Notes: generated from the letters alone by a model not told the origin. Positions 26,481 through 40,774 are shown, counted from the first letter of the whole stretch. The stretch is DNA of 63,261 bases, filler included, from Choristocarpus tenellus KU-1152 (GCA_964200185.2; 11 parts of 11 records of this genome joined end to end with filler, not necessarily neighbours in it), one strand, 5' to 3'. Program-made: numbers and translations.

Positions 26481-27371
26481 TGGGTGTGATGACCATGTGG
26501 AAAATATCAGTCCTTCCAACTTTAGTTTCAACCTTTCCCCTGACCAGAATCTAGTCTAGGGTGATTGTTCAGGTATCTCATTCATAACACAACACTAGAG
26601 TACTTGGCTGTAAATGTAGTTGGTTGTGTACAGTGCAGATAGAGCCAGAGGAGAGACATTTCAAACTTGGGCAAGCTGTAGGTGATCTGAGGAGTTGATG
26701 TAGGTGGGAAGCACATTGCAGTGTCTACCATTACATCTACCAACTCAGCTATTGTATTTATGACATGAAACAGTATCCGGAATTGATTTGATTGGTTTCA
26801 TTATCGCCCTGTGATTTGTCCTTCACAACAGAGGGTAATATATTGATGGACCTCAAGACATACAGTTCTGATTCAGACTAAGGAAGGTGTGAGTATTGGT
26901 GGTACGGCATTGCATAAAATCATCCTCGAATTCTAACCAAAGACAAACAATTTTTGTGTCCTGAGGGTTCTAACCTACCAATACAAGAATTATGACAGAA
27001 CACTTTGCACTTGAGCAAAAGTATCCTTTGGTTTTTACACTTCAATGCTCATCTAGTTCCTTTGATATGTTCACAACTGGTCAGTGGCACTCAATAGTTC
27101 GATGCATGGTGATTGATACTTCAAAACTTCAAAACATTGAGCAGGTGTTACCATGGAGAAGGGAGCATACAAATTGATCCTACCCATGATCAAAGACCAA
27201 ACATACAAATATGTTGAGACCACAGAAAAAAATGTATCTGGCAAGAAGGAAGAAAATAGACATGCAACAAAGAAATCCCACAAAAATGCAGACGTGCATA
27301 GAAACAAAAAAATATACCTTAACACAAAACTCAGGAAAACAAGAAAATTCCCAACACAGCAAGAACATAAA

Positions 27372-27627
27372 GAGTAAAACAATTGAGAGGTAGGCATATT
27401 TAACCTTTTGCGTTCTAAGCCATCTCTCTTTGCCTGTGCACTACGCTCTATTTCATTGCTTCATGTACGCAACAATGCACGGAAAATTGATACCCCCCCT
27501 TTCTACGCACAAAATGACGCCACAATGCAGCAAAGGCTCTTTCTGAAGTTGTACAAAATGACATCTTCTTGCCCTTTCTCAGGATCCTTAAAATGTAACC
27601 CTGCGTATCTCTCAGTTGGTTTGGCTC
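27372..27627 (-). mobile_element. MITE family B, inverted (256 bp)
   Basis: GAGTAAAACAATTGAGAGGTAGGC..CTCTCAGTTGGTTTGGCTC, flanked by AAA. Confidence 0.85.
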
Positions 27628-28819
27628 AAAGTCCACCAGCTTGGTGTACCTAGAAATTAATTCCAATATGCACCAGCACCAATAGCAATGTCCATGCCCC
27701 CCTTCCATCAGTGCAGTTGCTGTCACCCCCAAGATCAGCCGAAGGGCATAAATATTTTTTTCTCTAATAATACATTGAAGGGCTCTTTGACAGTAAACCA
27801 TCATCAGAGTCAGAGTACCTTAGAGGGTAGAGCCGCGTCCATTTGGGTCAAAATCCACTGTTGCAATTTTGATGGAAGACCCAAAGTAACTGGGAGGGGG
27901 GGGGTCTACACTAGNNNNNNNNNNNNNNNNNNNNNNNNNNNNNNNNNNNNNNNNNNNNTTAATTAATTAANNNNNNNNNNNNNNNNNNNNNNNNNNNNNN
28001 NNNNNNNNNNNNNNGGAAAAGTCCGTCATTGAAATCATGGACTCTTGACTGGGAAACTCAATCGGTACCACGGTATAAAGGCATATGGCATACGGCAATA
28101 ACGGTATAATGACAGGTAAACATGCTTTCCACACAGTTGATTAAAATTATATTATAGTACAAAAGATAAAACTTTCGCCAAACCACGTATGCGACAAACC
28201 CCACACCCCTTCACTCTGTCTACAACAAACCAACGGGCCTGGACAATATACAGGAATTGTTGTTGCAGTTCTTCGAGAGGACCACACCCATCGCACCACA
28301 GATGTTCGATGATGACCCGCCAGTCACTGAGGAATCTCGCTAACAACAGCAATGAACTCCTGGACTCCAGAGGGATAAACCTGAGGACATCCCATAGGCA
28401 AGACAAGGCTTCCCTCACAGCGAGACACACTCCAATGTAGCCTGTATGTTCTGTAATTACCTGAAGGAGGGATTAGCGCTTGAAGACTAGGCATAGCAAA
28501 GAATATGATCACCATATCCTTCCGCGATCACACAATTGCATCAAAATCAGAGAGACGTGGTGTTCACTAGTTCCAACGTAGTTTAGAACCGGGGAAGAGC
28601 AAAACGAAACCTATCAACGAAGTTCGTGTTCTCCGATATCTGCGTTCCGATTTGTATCGGAATCAAACGATATTCATTCCGGTTTCTGTTTCCGATCCCA
28701 ACCCCAGCACCTGTCCCAACAATAGCCCTGTGCCCTAACCCTGACAACGTTTCTCACCCTTACACAATAATGAAATTATCGTGAGTCATATTTCGCCCTT
28801 CCTTCATCTGTGCTCGCCT

Positions 28820-29085
28820 CATGACATTTTTCCTATACTTTACCGTTCGACAAAGTATGACAAAAATTGCGGATGTCGACATACTAACTTTTTCAAGTCA
28901 CACGCCTCAAGTCATTTTCGGATTACTTTATCCTACATCAAAGTGTGGCGAAAGTTTCGACGGTCCTTAAACCATTTTTTTTCAAGTCACACACCTCAAG
29001 TCAATTTTTCCATACTTTACTGTACGACAAAGTATGGCAAAGGTTGCGACTGTCTTCACACTAACCTCTTCGAAGTCGCACGCTT
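28820..29085. repeat. Three diverged 89-bp tandem units, each with a TACTTT-N10-AAAGT hairpin
   Basis: TTCAAGTCACAC-like anchor at about 28892, 28981, 29069; hairpins near 28834, 28923 and 29011. Confidence 0.85.
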
Positions 29086-29706
29086 CTAAACCATCGTCCT
29101 CGACTAACCACAAACCTCAATGGCGACCCCATATCCCCTAGTATAGAGAAAGGGGCGCATACGAAAGCATGTGCACGCAGGGATATGTGTTGACCGACAT
29201 GACATGAAACGTTCAGTTTACCAACCACCACAAAATTCATCGTACACATTAGTTTACCGTTCAAGAGAGTACGGAAAATGTAGTACATACATGCGCCAAT
29301 AGTGTTTTGGGCGACTCCCACCATGCACTTGTCAACTGTTTCCCCCAAAAAAATTCAGATCAAAATACACACTCTACCGTTCGATAAAATACCCCTTCCA
29401 CTTCGTCCTACATGCTTCATCGTACCTTTTCGTAACCTTGTAGATGTGGCTCACAATTGACCGTGTTCTAATGCACACAATTTCAGGATATTCAGATCGT
29501 GGTGGTTTCGGTTATCAATGAATCAAACATACCTTCTCCATGAACGTGGGGTGTCATCCAACGGTCGTACCCTGTGTAACACTTCGTGGCCAAACATTGT
29601 GCAAGCCCTACAAATATGCAGCACTATCTATATGTTCACATCGTCAACATCTATCACAAATATCAAAGGGAAACAAAAGCCCACCCAATACATACCGTAA
29701 CCTCGT

Positions 29707-31345
29707 TTGGATCCCACTCAGGAAACGGGAACTAAAGAGACTGCCCAAGACCAGTGCCGCCCGTTCGTGGAAGAAATCCAAAACGGACCAGATAATGTAC
29801 CTCTTCATCTCCATGATGTCAACCACGATGGTTCAGAAGAGATGGAAGGAAGCGGCCGCACTTGGAACGACTTTGCCTCTTGGTTGTTGGATGAGAAAAG
29901 CAGATTGGCACCGTTGACAAGCGCACTGCGAGTTGTGTTGACTCAGGAACAACGCGAGTCCATGCCTGATCTCCAGGTTTACACATACCTCGAATGTGTA
30001 AAGAAAGATCTTAGCACCGAGCATACCCGCCAGGTGTACAAATCTATCCTCATCGGCATCGCTCCTGATGCAGAAATAGGCGATGATGGGGTAACATCGA
30101 CGTTTCAAGAACCCCTTCTGTCCGTCACAGCAAACAAATACGACATCAACGTCGATACACTAAGGCCATCCACCAAAAAACGCACGGAATTCATGCGAAA
30201 CATGCGGCGACAGGCGAGCCCCTCCGCATCGACTGCAGATGACGCTGGGGGCTTGTCTACCAGCTCCGACACACACACGGCTCACAACTTCACTCAAGGC
30301 ACCGCCCAGAGGTATGGAAGTTCGTTTTCCGCAACCATCAACGGTGTGACACACAAAACTTGCCCCCCGAGCGAATACATCCACTGTATGTCGAAACCCA
30401 TTTCATCACTAAAAGGGATGCCCGGATGATCCCTCATATTCTGCTGCACAACCGACACACGCCCCATATCTCCCATCGTTACCTCACACAAAACGGCAGA
30501 CCAAGGGTGTTCAACGTGAGAAGGGACAGCTCCTCGCGACAGTTCCATGTACAGCATACTGATACACATGTTCTGGGTATCACCATATGACAGAGCAACA
30601 GCACCGCCATGCCCCACGATCCGGTCACATCTCATGATTCCACTTAGGGAATGCACTGCTTAGACCCGCATACGAACAAGAGAGTTTACCGCCCGGAAAC
30701 ACCGTGCCAACAAAACGCTGAGAGGTACTCTACGCTAGCGAGTGTCATCCTCACAAATATTGCGCGTATCCACCCTCGACACTTTATGGATTAATCATTG
30801 GGTAACATGTTCACCCTCCAACAAAACTGTGACATTGCACTACGTATACATGGTGCAAGCGACGTCACAACAGGTCACAGATTGGGACAGATGAGGATGT
30901 CTACGCCAACTTCAAGGAGAGATTCGAACAGGAGGGGACCTCAGGACAAATACCCTGTCTGTCAACATTCGTGAAGTGGCGACCTTTATACATCACAAAG
31001 GCCACGCCAAGGTGTGTGCGGAAATAGTCTTTCGATTTGTAGGATACACGCTACTGTGATGACTGGGTTTCCTAACCGCCACAGGATACCCAGTCACATA
31101 CTGCATCATCAGTGTCCACACACAAGGGATGCTAACCCACCGTATCCCTCCTTCCACTCTTCCACGCAACACAGATCGTGCGTTGGCATTCACCATATGA
31201 CCACCAACTTCCAGGTTCAGTGCCTAAGAGAGAACAGGAAGAAAGCACAAGCGAGTACAAGCTTTAGCAACAATGGACAACGCACTTGCATGCACATGCG
31301 TATTCTGCGACAAAGGCAAAGGATGCGGGTCTAAGGAAGTGGAGG
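29707..31345 (+). pseudogene. Degenerate Sola2-like DNA transposase, N-terminal half
   Basis: HWVTCSPSNK, GTDEDVYANFKERF..LSTFVKWRPLYITKATPR|SCVGIHH (intron 31012-31174 in phase), then CTCVFC; resembles the F..LRP..C.C..H block ahead of the catalytic core of Sola2-type transposases. Core not on the contig; recognised from memory. Confidence 0.5.
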
Positions 31346-32070
31346 CCGCACTCGAAAGTGGTGCTCATTTTATTGGCCTTTCTCTTGTAAGCTAGTTGCC
31401 AAACCACATCCACGATGTGGCGAATGTGTTAGCACGACGAGCAGGAATGGTATCCAAAGTAATGAACCACTGTAGATACACACCAACGTACACACCCTCA
31501 GACTGTTTCACTACGTCCTCTACAGATATAGCAGTTACAACTGTTCGTTGATAGTACTGCTGATACACTATAGACACCACCAGTGGATTATGTGATAAGN
31601 NNNNNNNNNNNNNNNNNNNNNNNNNNNNNNNNNNNNNNNNNNNTTAATTAATTAANNNNNNNNNNNNNNNNNNNNNNNNNNNNNNNNNNNNNNNNNNNNG
31701 GGTAGAGGGAAAGGAAGGGGGTGGCTGTGGTGTTTAGAAAGGTTGGATGGCGTCGGCATGCGAACCTGTTTGACTTTCTCATTTTGACTATGGTTGAAAG
31801 ACAGTCACAGTGACAGGCTGATATATGATATATGGGGATGGGTGTGATGTTTAGTCTTGCAAGGAAGTTTGTGCTGACGTGGCAGTTCTATCCCCTCACC
31901 CCTGCCAGCCCCCCTTTGGTCTTTATTCTCTCTGTCAATGCCGCACTATCTACCTGGTGATATCACGATCGATATTGATTGGCTCTTTTTTCAATGCGAA
32001 TCTTTCCACAAATTGTCTTGTGGGGGGTGTTTTGACTGTCTTTGATTGGGGGTGTTGCTATGGTGAGAAG

Positions 32071-35000
32071 GTTCAACGTGATCACCTGGCGGCAGCTGCA
32101 GATGGCCTGGGTATTGACTATCATGTGCACTGGGACGGCATCTTGAACAGGTGAGCTGGCATCAGAAGCGCCTTTTTCCTACTGTGGTTGTTGTGGATGG
32201 TGCAATTTGTGTGTTCTTGCTTGGTGCATGCAAGAACAGTGTGGATATCACACACTGAGTGTACAGCAAACGGGCAAGAGGCGTTGAAATTAATATTTTC
32301 TTTTTTCTAGGGGAGAGGTCTCGAATGAATTGTTCTTCAAATTGTGTTGTTTGTTTTTGTCATTTGTCATTCGTCATTTGTCAAATTGTGGAACAAGAGA
32401 CCACCTACGGTCATGTCGAGGGACCTGGGCAATCAAAGCCCATGGGTTACATGGGTTATGTGGTGTAGTCCTGCTCCCTCAGGTACACTTTCTGAATGGC
32501 CAATCACATTTCAGCAATAGTCCTGCTCCCTCAGGTATACTTTCTGGATGGCCAATCCCATGATGATAACAATAGATGAAATTGTTTGACAAAGGGTCAG
32601 GGGATTACTTTATCTTTTGTTTTTATGTTGTGGTGTGTGACATATGACTCAATCTGCTGCTTGTATCAGGCTGATTGCGCATTGCATTTCACACCCTCTA
32701 TCTACCCTCCTTTCTTACCCACTGCCTTCCAGACGACCTTAAGCCCCAACGCTAGTTCAATTTCTTACCTTAATCCCAAGGGCAAGACAAGAGAGTTACT
32801 AAAACTGTACCCTCTAAACCTCTGTGTGTTGCTTTGTGGTGACTCCTTTTTTTCTTGGTCAGATCAAGCAAGGTGGCCAGTGCCTCATTCACACCTTCCC
32901 AGGCGGCAAGGAAATACTCCTTCCCTGCAGGCGTCCATGAGAGGTAAGGACCACTGGTAATGGGTGTCTCGTTGTTGTTGCATGGTACTGTTGCATAGTA
33001 CTGTTGCATGGTACCGATAGTTCTACGTGAAGCTGTTTCAAGTACTACTGTTTGTGCATGGGGGGGGGGGGGGGGGGTGGTGAGGGTTGCCCAGGAGCGG
33101 GAAAAAAAAAAAAAAATGGGTTTTGTCTTGCCANNNNNNNNNNTGGGTGAGTTGAGGCGGCGTGTTGGGGGGGGGGGGGGGGGGGGGGGGGGGGTGATTG
33201 TGAAGGTTGACCATGAGCGAGGATAAAATTAACTATGGGTTTGTCATGTCAAGCCTCTCACGGACCTCTTTCCCTTACCTCTATAACCCTAACCCTAACC
33301 CTTACCTCTTTCCCTTACCCAGATAAGTCTACCCCTGTGTCACATGGTCCTTAACACTATTCATGAAATGTAACATACCCTTGACTGCCTTTGCCCCTCA
33401 TACCTCCCCTAACAATGACATACATAGGGATATGTTCATGTCCATTGCAGGGCCTGCTACAGCAGCCCTCAGAGCTGTTTTGGCCCGTACCAGCGACGAC
33501 CTCCTGGTCCTGAGGTGCTTCCGTGGGTTCCACTCCTGCGCCAGGGCCAGTGTCTTCCTGGGACTTGCACAGCCCCTTCTGGATGGGTTGCTGGTACACT
33601 TGCTGGGTAGGGGACTGGCGTACACTGCTGCTGCTGTGGAGGGGATGCATGGACCACCTTTCCCAGGTGCATTCTTGGGTGCATGAAAGAAGCTACTAGC
33701 GGGGCTTTCAGTTACTAGCGCAGACATACTGGCAGTTAACCAGGTGGTTCAGGCGGGCCAACCTTGTTGAGTTTTTTTGTGCCCTGGGCTGGCCTTGTTA
33801 TATTGCAATTTATCTAGAAGCTGACCCTGTGAAAATGGTTGTATACCCTGGACAGGCCTTGTTGGTATGAATGCTACCCGGTGTCACTAATACTACTTTT
33901 AATATCACTATCGTTTCCAAAGTATACTTTTGTTGTTGATTGAAATTGCTAATGTGTTCTTTAAAGTAGGAGCTCTACCCAATACATCTGCTTTGAATTT
34001 TGAGATTGACATAACAATGTCATAACACAAGTCACCCGCAAACCAACAGGATCGGCCCGACCACTCTGGGGAGCTGCCCAGTACTTAAGAAATATATCTT
34101 GATGGAGCAGGCGTGTGATCTGGCCCTGTTAAACCCATTTGAGGCCCTGGCCCAGCCATTTAAGTACATTTTAACTTAGCTGAGTTGCTGCCTGGCTCCA
34201 TCAAAATCTCTATTATACGACTCTGGTCTGGTCCTGGTCTGGTCCTGGTATGGTCCTGGTCTGGTCCTGGTATGGTCCTGGTCTGGTCCTGATCTGACCC
34301 TGCTGCAAAACATTCCCAGTGAGCCAGTTTGGTGTCCGGTCCCATCACAGTTACTTGGTTCGCTGTATTGCTCTGGTTATTTTAGTGCGAGAAGGGGGGA
34401 CAGATACACAGATGAAAAAATGGGGGGAAAAAATCTGAGAAATTTCTGTTGGTGTTGTTCTAACCTAGGAATTGCAACTGTGTCCAGTTCTGAGGAACCC
34501 GAAGTGAAGTACTTGATTTGACCACTAGTGATAGGAGCTGTTGGTTGTTGCAGTGAGAGGTGATGGGTAGCTAACAAAAGGGGAGGGAAGAGGGGAAGGG
34601 TTGTAGAGGTTCAGACACGAGGGTATCTATCATTCAAAGCAATATCTGGTATCTATCCGATGGTCTCAGGTTGTACTTACCGCATTTTCACACACATGGC
34701 TTCCCCTCCCTCTCCCCTCTGTACATCGCCTTGCAGAGGTGTTGAAGCACCCTGGTCTGCCCGACACATCGGATATTGCTGCCTGTGCCCCCCATGCTTC
34801 TGGGAGTGCAGTCCATAGAGATCTTCTGGCCCTTAAGTGTGGGTGAGTGTCGAAGTCTGCATGAAGTAGGAATGATGGAGACTGGTAATTGCTATTATAT
34901 CTTTGGGGACTGTGGCCCAAGCCTGTGCCTGGACCGTGATATTTATAGTGTTGACTGTCACCTCTCATATGAAAATAATACAAAACACCTGGGGTGATAC

Positions 35001-35763
35001 TGTTGTTGTGTTTATCTCAAAATACTCCTTTTGTTGGTCCCCGTGGTCTCTGCCCTCTGGACTTGCTGTCTGTGTGCTGGGTGGTTTGTGATGAGCACAG
35101 ATAGCCCTAACCCTCTCCCTAAGACTCGTCATTGTACTAGTAGTACTCATAGTCTAGATAATATGGAGTTTTTAATGGGGCAGGATGCATAATAAAAATT
35201 GGTTAAAATTGGTTATGTTCTAGATAATATGTGTGTTTCTTGCCTACCAGAGAATAAGCCATGTTTGTGACAAAATGTCTGCTTCAAAGATAATGCTTCT
35301 AAGTATTTATTGTATGTACAGTTTATATGTGCAGTTGTATATACATTTTTAATATGATGCACCTCTGAAGCATACAGTTGTAGTTGTGGTGTATATTTCC
35401 CCCTTGTAGTGCACTCACATGCACATAGCACTCACATACATTGGTATATATATATATAGATGAATAGTTTTTATTCTCTTGCAGGCAGATCGTGCATCCA
35501 AAATAAAAATATATTAGTCTTTTGTTGTTTATGGAAGGTCCTTGACCCTCAGGCAAAACAGATGCGACACCATCACTCCCTAACCCTTTTACCACACAGA
35601 ACATTGACATTATTTTTGATGTTGCTGTGTTATGTGTGTTATGTGTGTTGTGTGTGTGTGTATCATACTCAGCCTGGAGCTTGTCCGTATTCACTCCCAA
35701 CATGTGAGTTCTGCTGGGTGGGCACCACTCCTGGATTGCATTTTTGCACTTGCTGATCTGCAG
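32071..35763 (+). CDS. GBF1-like: Large Sec7 ARF-GEF (GBF1/GNOM-like), five internal exons downstream of the Sec7 domain
   Basis: Exons 32071-32150, 32863-32943, 33428-33666, 34737-34842, 35673-35763 in phase; WDGILNRS, HERDMFMSIAGPATAALRAVL..CFRGFHSCARAS..LLDGLLVHL and GWAPLLDCIFAL match the HDS1 region pattern. Confidence 0.8.
34221..34290. repeat. CTGGT/CTGGTC-type microsatellite in intron
   Basis: Degenerate 5-6 bp tandem units. Confidence 0.85.
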
Positions 35764-36027
35764 GTAAGCCCTCACCCCCCCACCCCACTACACCACTGCC
35801 CTTGCGTTCACTAGTGTGTTGGCTTGAACATGTATTTGTATTTTTGTATAGAGTTCTGTCTTGCAAGAGTAATAGTTGTCAGTTCGAGTATGCTCAGTTC
35901 AATCAAAGTACACATTTACAGTCCAAGCGAAAAAAATTGTTGGATGTTTGTGTGAATTGGACTGTACTGTGGAAGAAATTTTTGTTGAGAAAACTCTTTT
36001 ATATGGCGGTGTGTGTGGGCTAACTCT

Positions 36028-36190
36028 GATGTGTGATATGTGTGATATGTGTGAGATGTGTGATATGTGTGAGATGTGTGAGATGTGTGAGATGTGTGAG
36101 ATGTGTGAGATGTGTGATATGTGTGAGATGTGTGAGATGTGTGAGATGTGTGAGATGTGTGAGATGTGTGAGATGTGTGATATGTGTGAT
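36028..36190. repeat. 9-bp tandem repeat ATGTGTGAK, about 18 copies
   Basis: Directly visible; produces the spurious MCE/SHI/CVR ORFs. Confidence 0.97.
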
Positions 36191-37021
36191 TTCACATCTT
36201 CCCCATCAGAGTTTATTTTTAGCTTCTGATTTGACTCTTTTGTCCTTGATAGTTGGGTCAGTAGGTGCTTTGTGTCGCAACAGTTTATTGTAGAAATTTT
36301 GCTCTTTTCCCCTGGTAGAGTATCTGTTGTCCTGTTAACACGATTTTTTAAAATCATATATATATATATATATATACATATGTGTGTGTGTGTATGGTGA
36401 GAGGTGGTGAGGTGTTTGGTTCTTGCACATTGTGATTTACATCCTCCACCTTTCTTGACCCACCCACCCATAGCAGCGACCTCACCCAGCACAGTTCATC
36501 TCTCGGCCCCTGGGCCTACCACCTACCGGGTCAAAGTATCTGGGGGGGGGGGAGTGTCGGCGTCCGTTTTTCACNNNNNNNNNNNNNNNNNNNNNNNNNN
36601 NNNNNNNNNNNNNNNNNNTTAATTAATTAANNNNNNNNNNNNNNNNNNNNNNNNNNNNNNNNNNNNNNNNNNNNGTGAGTGAAGGTATGACGAGGTTAAA
36701 ACAGGTTTTTTATTTGTGCAGAACCAAGTTAACTGAAAGGGGGGGGGGGTCTATGTTTGATTAGACTCTTCCCAACTCTATCGGACAGTTACGGTAAAAT
36801 ATGTATGGAGTAACGGAACAGTCAATTAGTGGTTGAGATATCAGAACCTTTTACTAGTGATTAGTTGAATGAGAATTTTTCTCAAATAAAGGAAATATTT
36901 CTGATTTTATGGGGCCTTGCATGCCCCACCTAAATTTAATCAATCTCTCTACAGACACCAAGCAATCTTGCCCGGGTTTATCACCTCTATCCTCTTTGAT
37001 GATTTTGGGGATACTTTAAGT

Positions 37022-37171
37022 GTCTACACCAGGGTGTCCATTTGGGACAAAATCAGGAAAAGTGCATTAACATTATCCATCTGACGTATGCAACCAAATC
37101 ACCCAATAATCGCGACATGAAAAATTGGCCCCAAATGGGCAGCCGCCACTCCCACCCAGATACTTTGAGTC
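37022..37171 (+). mobile_element. MITE family A, 5' truncated
   Basis: GTCTACACCAGGGTGTCCATTTGG..CCCAGATACTTTGAGTC. Confidence 0.85.
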
Positions 37172-37480
37172 TCACAGTTTAATGAAGGTTGCCTCATGGG
37201 AATGATCACTCCCCAGATCCCTTCCTTTGGTGTCCATAAGAAAATCAACTACAAGAGTCTCTCTCACTAACCTATTGGTCAAAATACATTAGCAAGATAC
37301 CTATAGGGAGAAAAAACACCTGTTTTTTTTACTACACTCACTATCCTGCCCCATCCCGCACTCTAACCCCATTTATACATATTGCACAACGATGTACCTC
37401 TCCACCACCCCCCTTTTGATACCTCCTCAACACACCCATCCTTCTTTCCCATTTCATGCACGGTCACGTGCCCTGCAAAG

Positions 37481-38484
37481 AGGCCTCCACATGAGGAAAT
37501 ACCAGGTGGCTTAGATGGATCCCCCAGAAGGTGAGGAGCAATGGATGTAGGGAGAGGTCAAGAGGTTTGGGAAAGGGGGGGAAAGGGGATGGTGTTGCTG
37601 TGGTTCTTGTAGGATCAAATTCTACCTTCCATTGAGAAATGTGGTGGCAGTAGTCACATCCCTTCAGATAAATTACCTGCACACATACACTCACACGCAC
37701 GCCTATAATCACATGCATTCAAGTGTATGATTCAGCCATCTGCGCACACCGATGCCCCCTTTGTACTTCATGACATGGCCTTCTTTCTGTAGGGTCACAA
37801 ACGAAATCGCACGCCTCTATGGTGAGGCAATGAAATGCTGTGGGCGCATAAGGCGAGATAAGAAGCCTGTTCACTGCAGGGGACAGCAGGGAGGTGAGGA
37901 TGTGTATTTAATGTGTGCATTGAGGGTGAATATGAATACTTTTGAGACTAGAAAGTCTACCGTTGCTGAAGATTGAGTCCTTCTCAATCTCAAGTGCCGT
38001 GATTTTTCATTTGCAGTACTGATCAAAGCTCCCTGGTGACCCACACAGTCCACAAGCAAGCAAGTGTGGAAATGGTTTGTATCCGAGCAGCAAGATGTTG
38101 GGGATGGTATTTGTTTTCATTCCCTATCATACAGCGCTTACCTACCCAAGATGGGATACATAGTTGGCAAGGGTGATACATGTGGGCATGGCCTTTGCTT
38201 TGTTCGGAAAATGTCTACACTGCACAAGTGATTTCTCTTCAGGTACAAACTGTTGTGCTAATGACAGATTTCAGTTTTTATCTTCACCGTCTCATGACGT
38301 CATGCCTTTCACCTGTTATCTCCTACACTCCAAAACACACCAAAAAGGGAGGAAAAAGAAAAATAAGAACAGAGGAAAAAACAAACAGGTGCCTAAGAAG
38401 AATAAGAATAAGAAGTCCTTTTCCACATCAGGGGGGATCTACACCCCTCCACCCCAAAGCCATCCCCTCCACCGACGGGGATGA
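37481..38484 (+). CDS. Hypothetical gene, last three exons, Lys-rich C-terminus
   Basis: Exons 37481-37530, 37793-37893, 38348-38484 chain in phase with GTGAGG donors; no family recognised. Confidence 0.4.
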
Positions 38485-40774
38485 CTGTGGCGGAGGATTT
38501 GGAACCAGGGGTGCAGGTACCATCGCCCGCACATGTACCTTTAAACACGGAATGGAAGGTAAGAGTTGGTAAAGAGTTCTGAGTCATAGGCATGACTAGA
38601 AGGAACAGCTGTTATGCAATGTAAGAGCAAAGGGAGTGACACAAGTCAGTGGGGAGATAGTACACCAGAAATCTAGAAGCAACTGAGATATGTTTAATCC
38701 AATAACACATGTGTGTTGTACCATATTTGATTGAGATCAGCATTCTTTGTCTATCTGGGCTTAATTTGTACCTCATAGACATATGGCATGCCAAAGGTTG
38801 ACCACCCCAGGGTGACCTCCAGCACTAGAATGGAGACGAATTTCTATAAATGAAGTAGTGGATGAGCAGCTTGGCAACATTTGGGACACCTCAAGGCCTC
38901 AAAAAGTCCAGAGCAACACCTTAGATTTTGAATATGTACAGGATTTGACTTGTGTGGAAGAGATTAATGAAGAAGCCTCCACATCGACATTGGTTTTTGT
39001 GGGTATTAGTTTTCTGTAGTTTCTGTGTTACGCTTTACATTATTGCATACACGGACTGGTATTATGCCAGTAACTTGTTCTTTACTTTCTTGACTTAGAA
39101 TTGTCTCCTACATCATGTATGTAACATACTTCCGTTGATCATCTTTTTCTGCCCAACACTCTTGAATAATTTTTAAAGCTTGTTGAGTGGATAGTTGATA
39201 CACCTCAGAGTGTACCAAAACACATGTTCAATACCAGTATCCCTCTTTGAAGAGATCTAATCCACTCCGTAAGAGCCAGCCAGAACAAGAATGTGGATTG
39301 TGGATTCCTTTCATGTTCTTCTCCATGGCTATTGTCCAGCACTAGTTGGGGGTGGTGAATAACAGTCCCCCATGTTGGCCATGTGGGCAAGAAAGATCAA
39401 GTCAAACCATGAATTTAAGAGTGGAGTGTTCACAATGTTTGGGTAAGTAAAGGATTTGATCACTGGAGGTAGGGCTGGAGCACACTGAGTGACCTATTTC
39501 CTCATTCTTGGGATGTGAAATTTAATGGACATTGTACTTGCTGTCCTTCTGATTTTTTCAGTTTCAAGTACCACAAAACTGTGATGGTGCTGCTGTCGTT
39601 CTCACTGAGCATACAGATGTTCAGCTCTTCAGGTTGGGGTATAGATAGTGTTGGTGAGATTCAACGGTCGTAAGTATTTCGGTGTAATTGCCTTAGGTGA
39701 ATGAAGCAAGAAACCATTTACTACAATTGAATTGTTGATAATTTCTTGAAAAAACCCATCACCTCTCTCTAGCAAATGTTTGCCTGGACCTCTGATCCTA
39801 ATGGATATTTGATGAGGTGGGTGACCCAAAGCATTTTTTCGGGTAGGAAGTTTGCCCTGTTTGTCCGTTCAGGGCGTGGCCTCCCACGGGTTTTTTATGC
39901 CCTTTTTCGGTTTTCTGTGTGAACACAGTCACCTAAAATGTACACGACTATGAAAGTCGTGTCTGGAGCAAGGATGTTAGTTAGCACTTGCTAATAAAAA
40001 CAATAACAAAAATTCAGTAAAATAGCAACATTGGATGTATGACCCCGATCGGACGCGGCCCTACCCTCTTAAATGCTTTGGCTCGGGCCATACTTAACAA
40101 CCACGGCAGAAAATAAAAAAAAAAAAAAAAAAAAANNNNNNNNNNNNNNNNNNNNNNNNNNNNNNNNNNNNNNNNNNNNTTAATTAATTAANNNNNNNNN
40201 NNNNNNNNNNNNNNNNNNNNNNNNNNNNNNNNNNNGGGCAGGGGGCGGAGTTTGGGGGTGAGAAGGAGGGGTTCCATACGTGGTGGTATGCTCTTGGGGG
40301 TGTGCTTAGATCTGGATGGTTGGGTGGGTGGGGGTGCTTCGCTGTCTATCAGGTGAGTGGAGAGAGTCATATTTGTGGGTTCAGAATGGGGAGGGGGTGG
40401 GGGAGGGTGGTTGAGGGTAGTGGAATTGTTTGAAAGGTATTGAAAGATCCACAGCTTTTATGGTAATAGTGTCTTCATGTTCTCCTCAGGGACATGCTAC
40501 CTTTTTTTCTCTTCCCCCTTTCTCACAACCCTAACCCTTCTTGGACTCACGTTCCCGGTGCTAACTAGGAGATGTGTGTTGTGTTAGTCTTAACACCTTT
40601 CGATTCGTATACTCCTAGTGTTAACACCTTTTCCCCTTCGATGTCCCAACTCCCAATGTACTTACAATGGTAACATTTCTACCCTTCCCCTCCCCTCACA
40701 CACTCTCATTACCCCCTCTCCCCACCGTATCCCCTTGCCCCCACCTCTGTACACACTGCAACGCTCTCCTTAAG

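Noticed and set aside
28820-29085. CRISPR-like array of hairpin repeats
   Set aside because: Sequence between the hairpins is also homologous, so these are tandem units rather than repeat-spacer pairs.
35876-36492. Repeat proteins (SHI)n, (MCE)n, (CVR)n
   Set aside because: Translations of a 9-bp microsatellite.
39205-39860. Possible LINE C-terminal remnant
   Set aside because: Too decayed; no RT motif seen.
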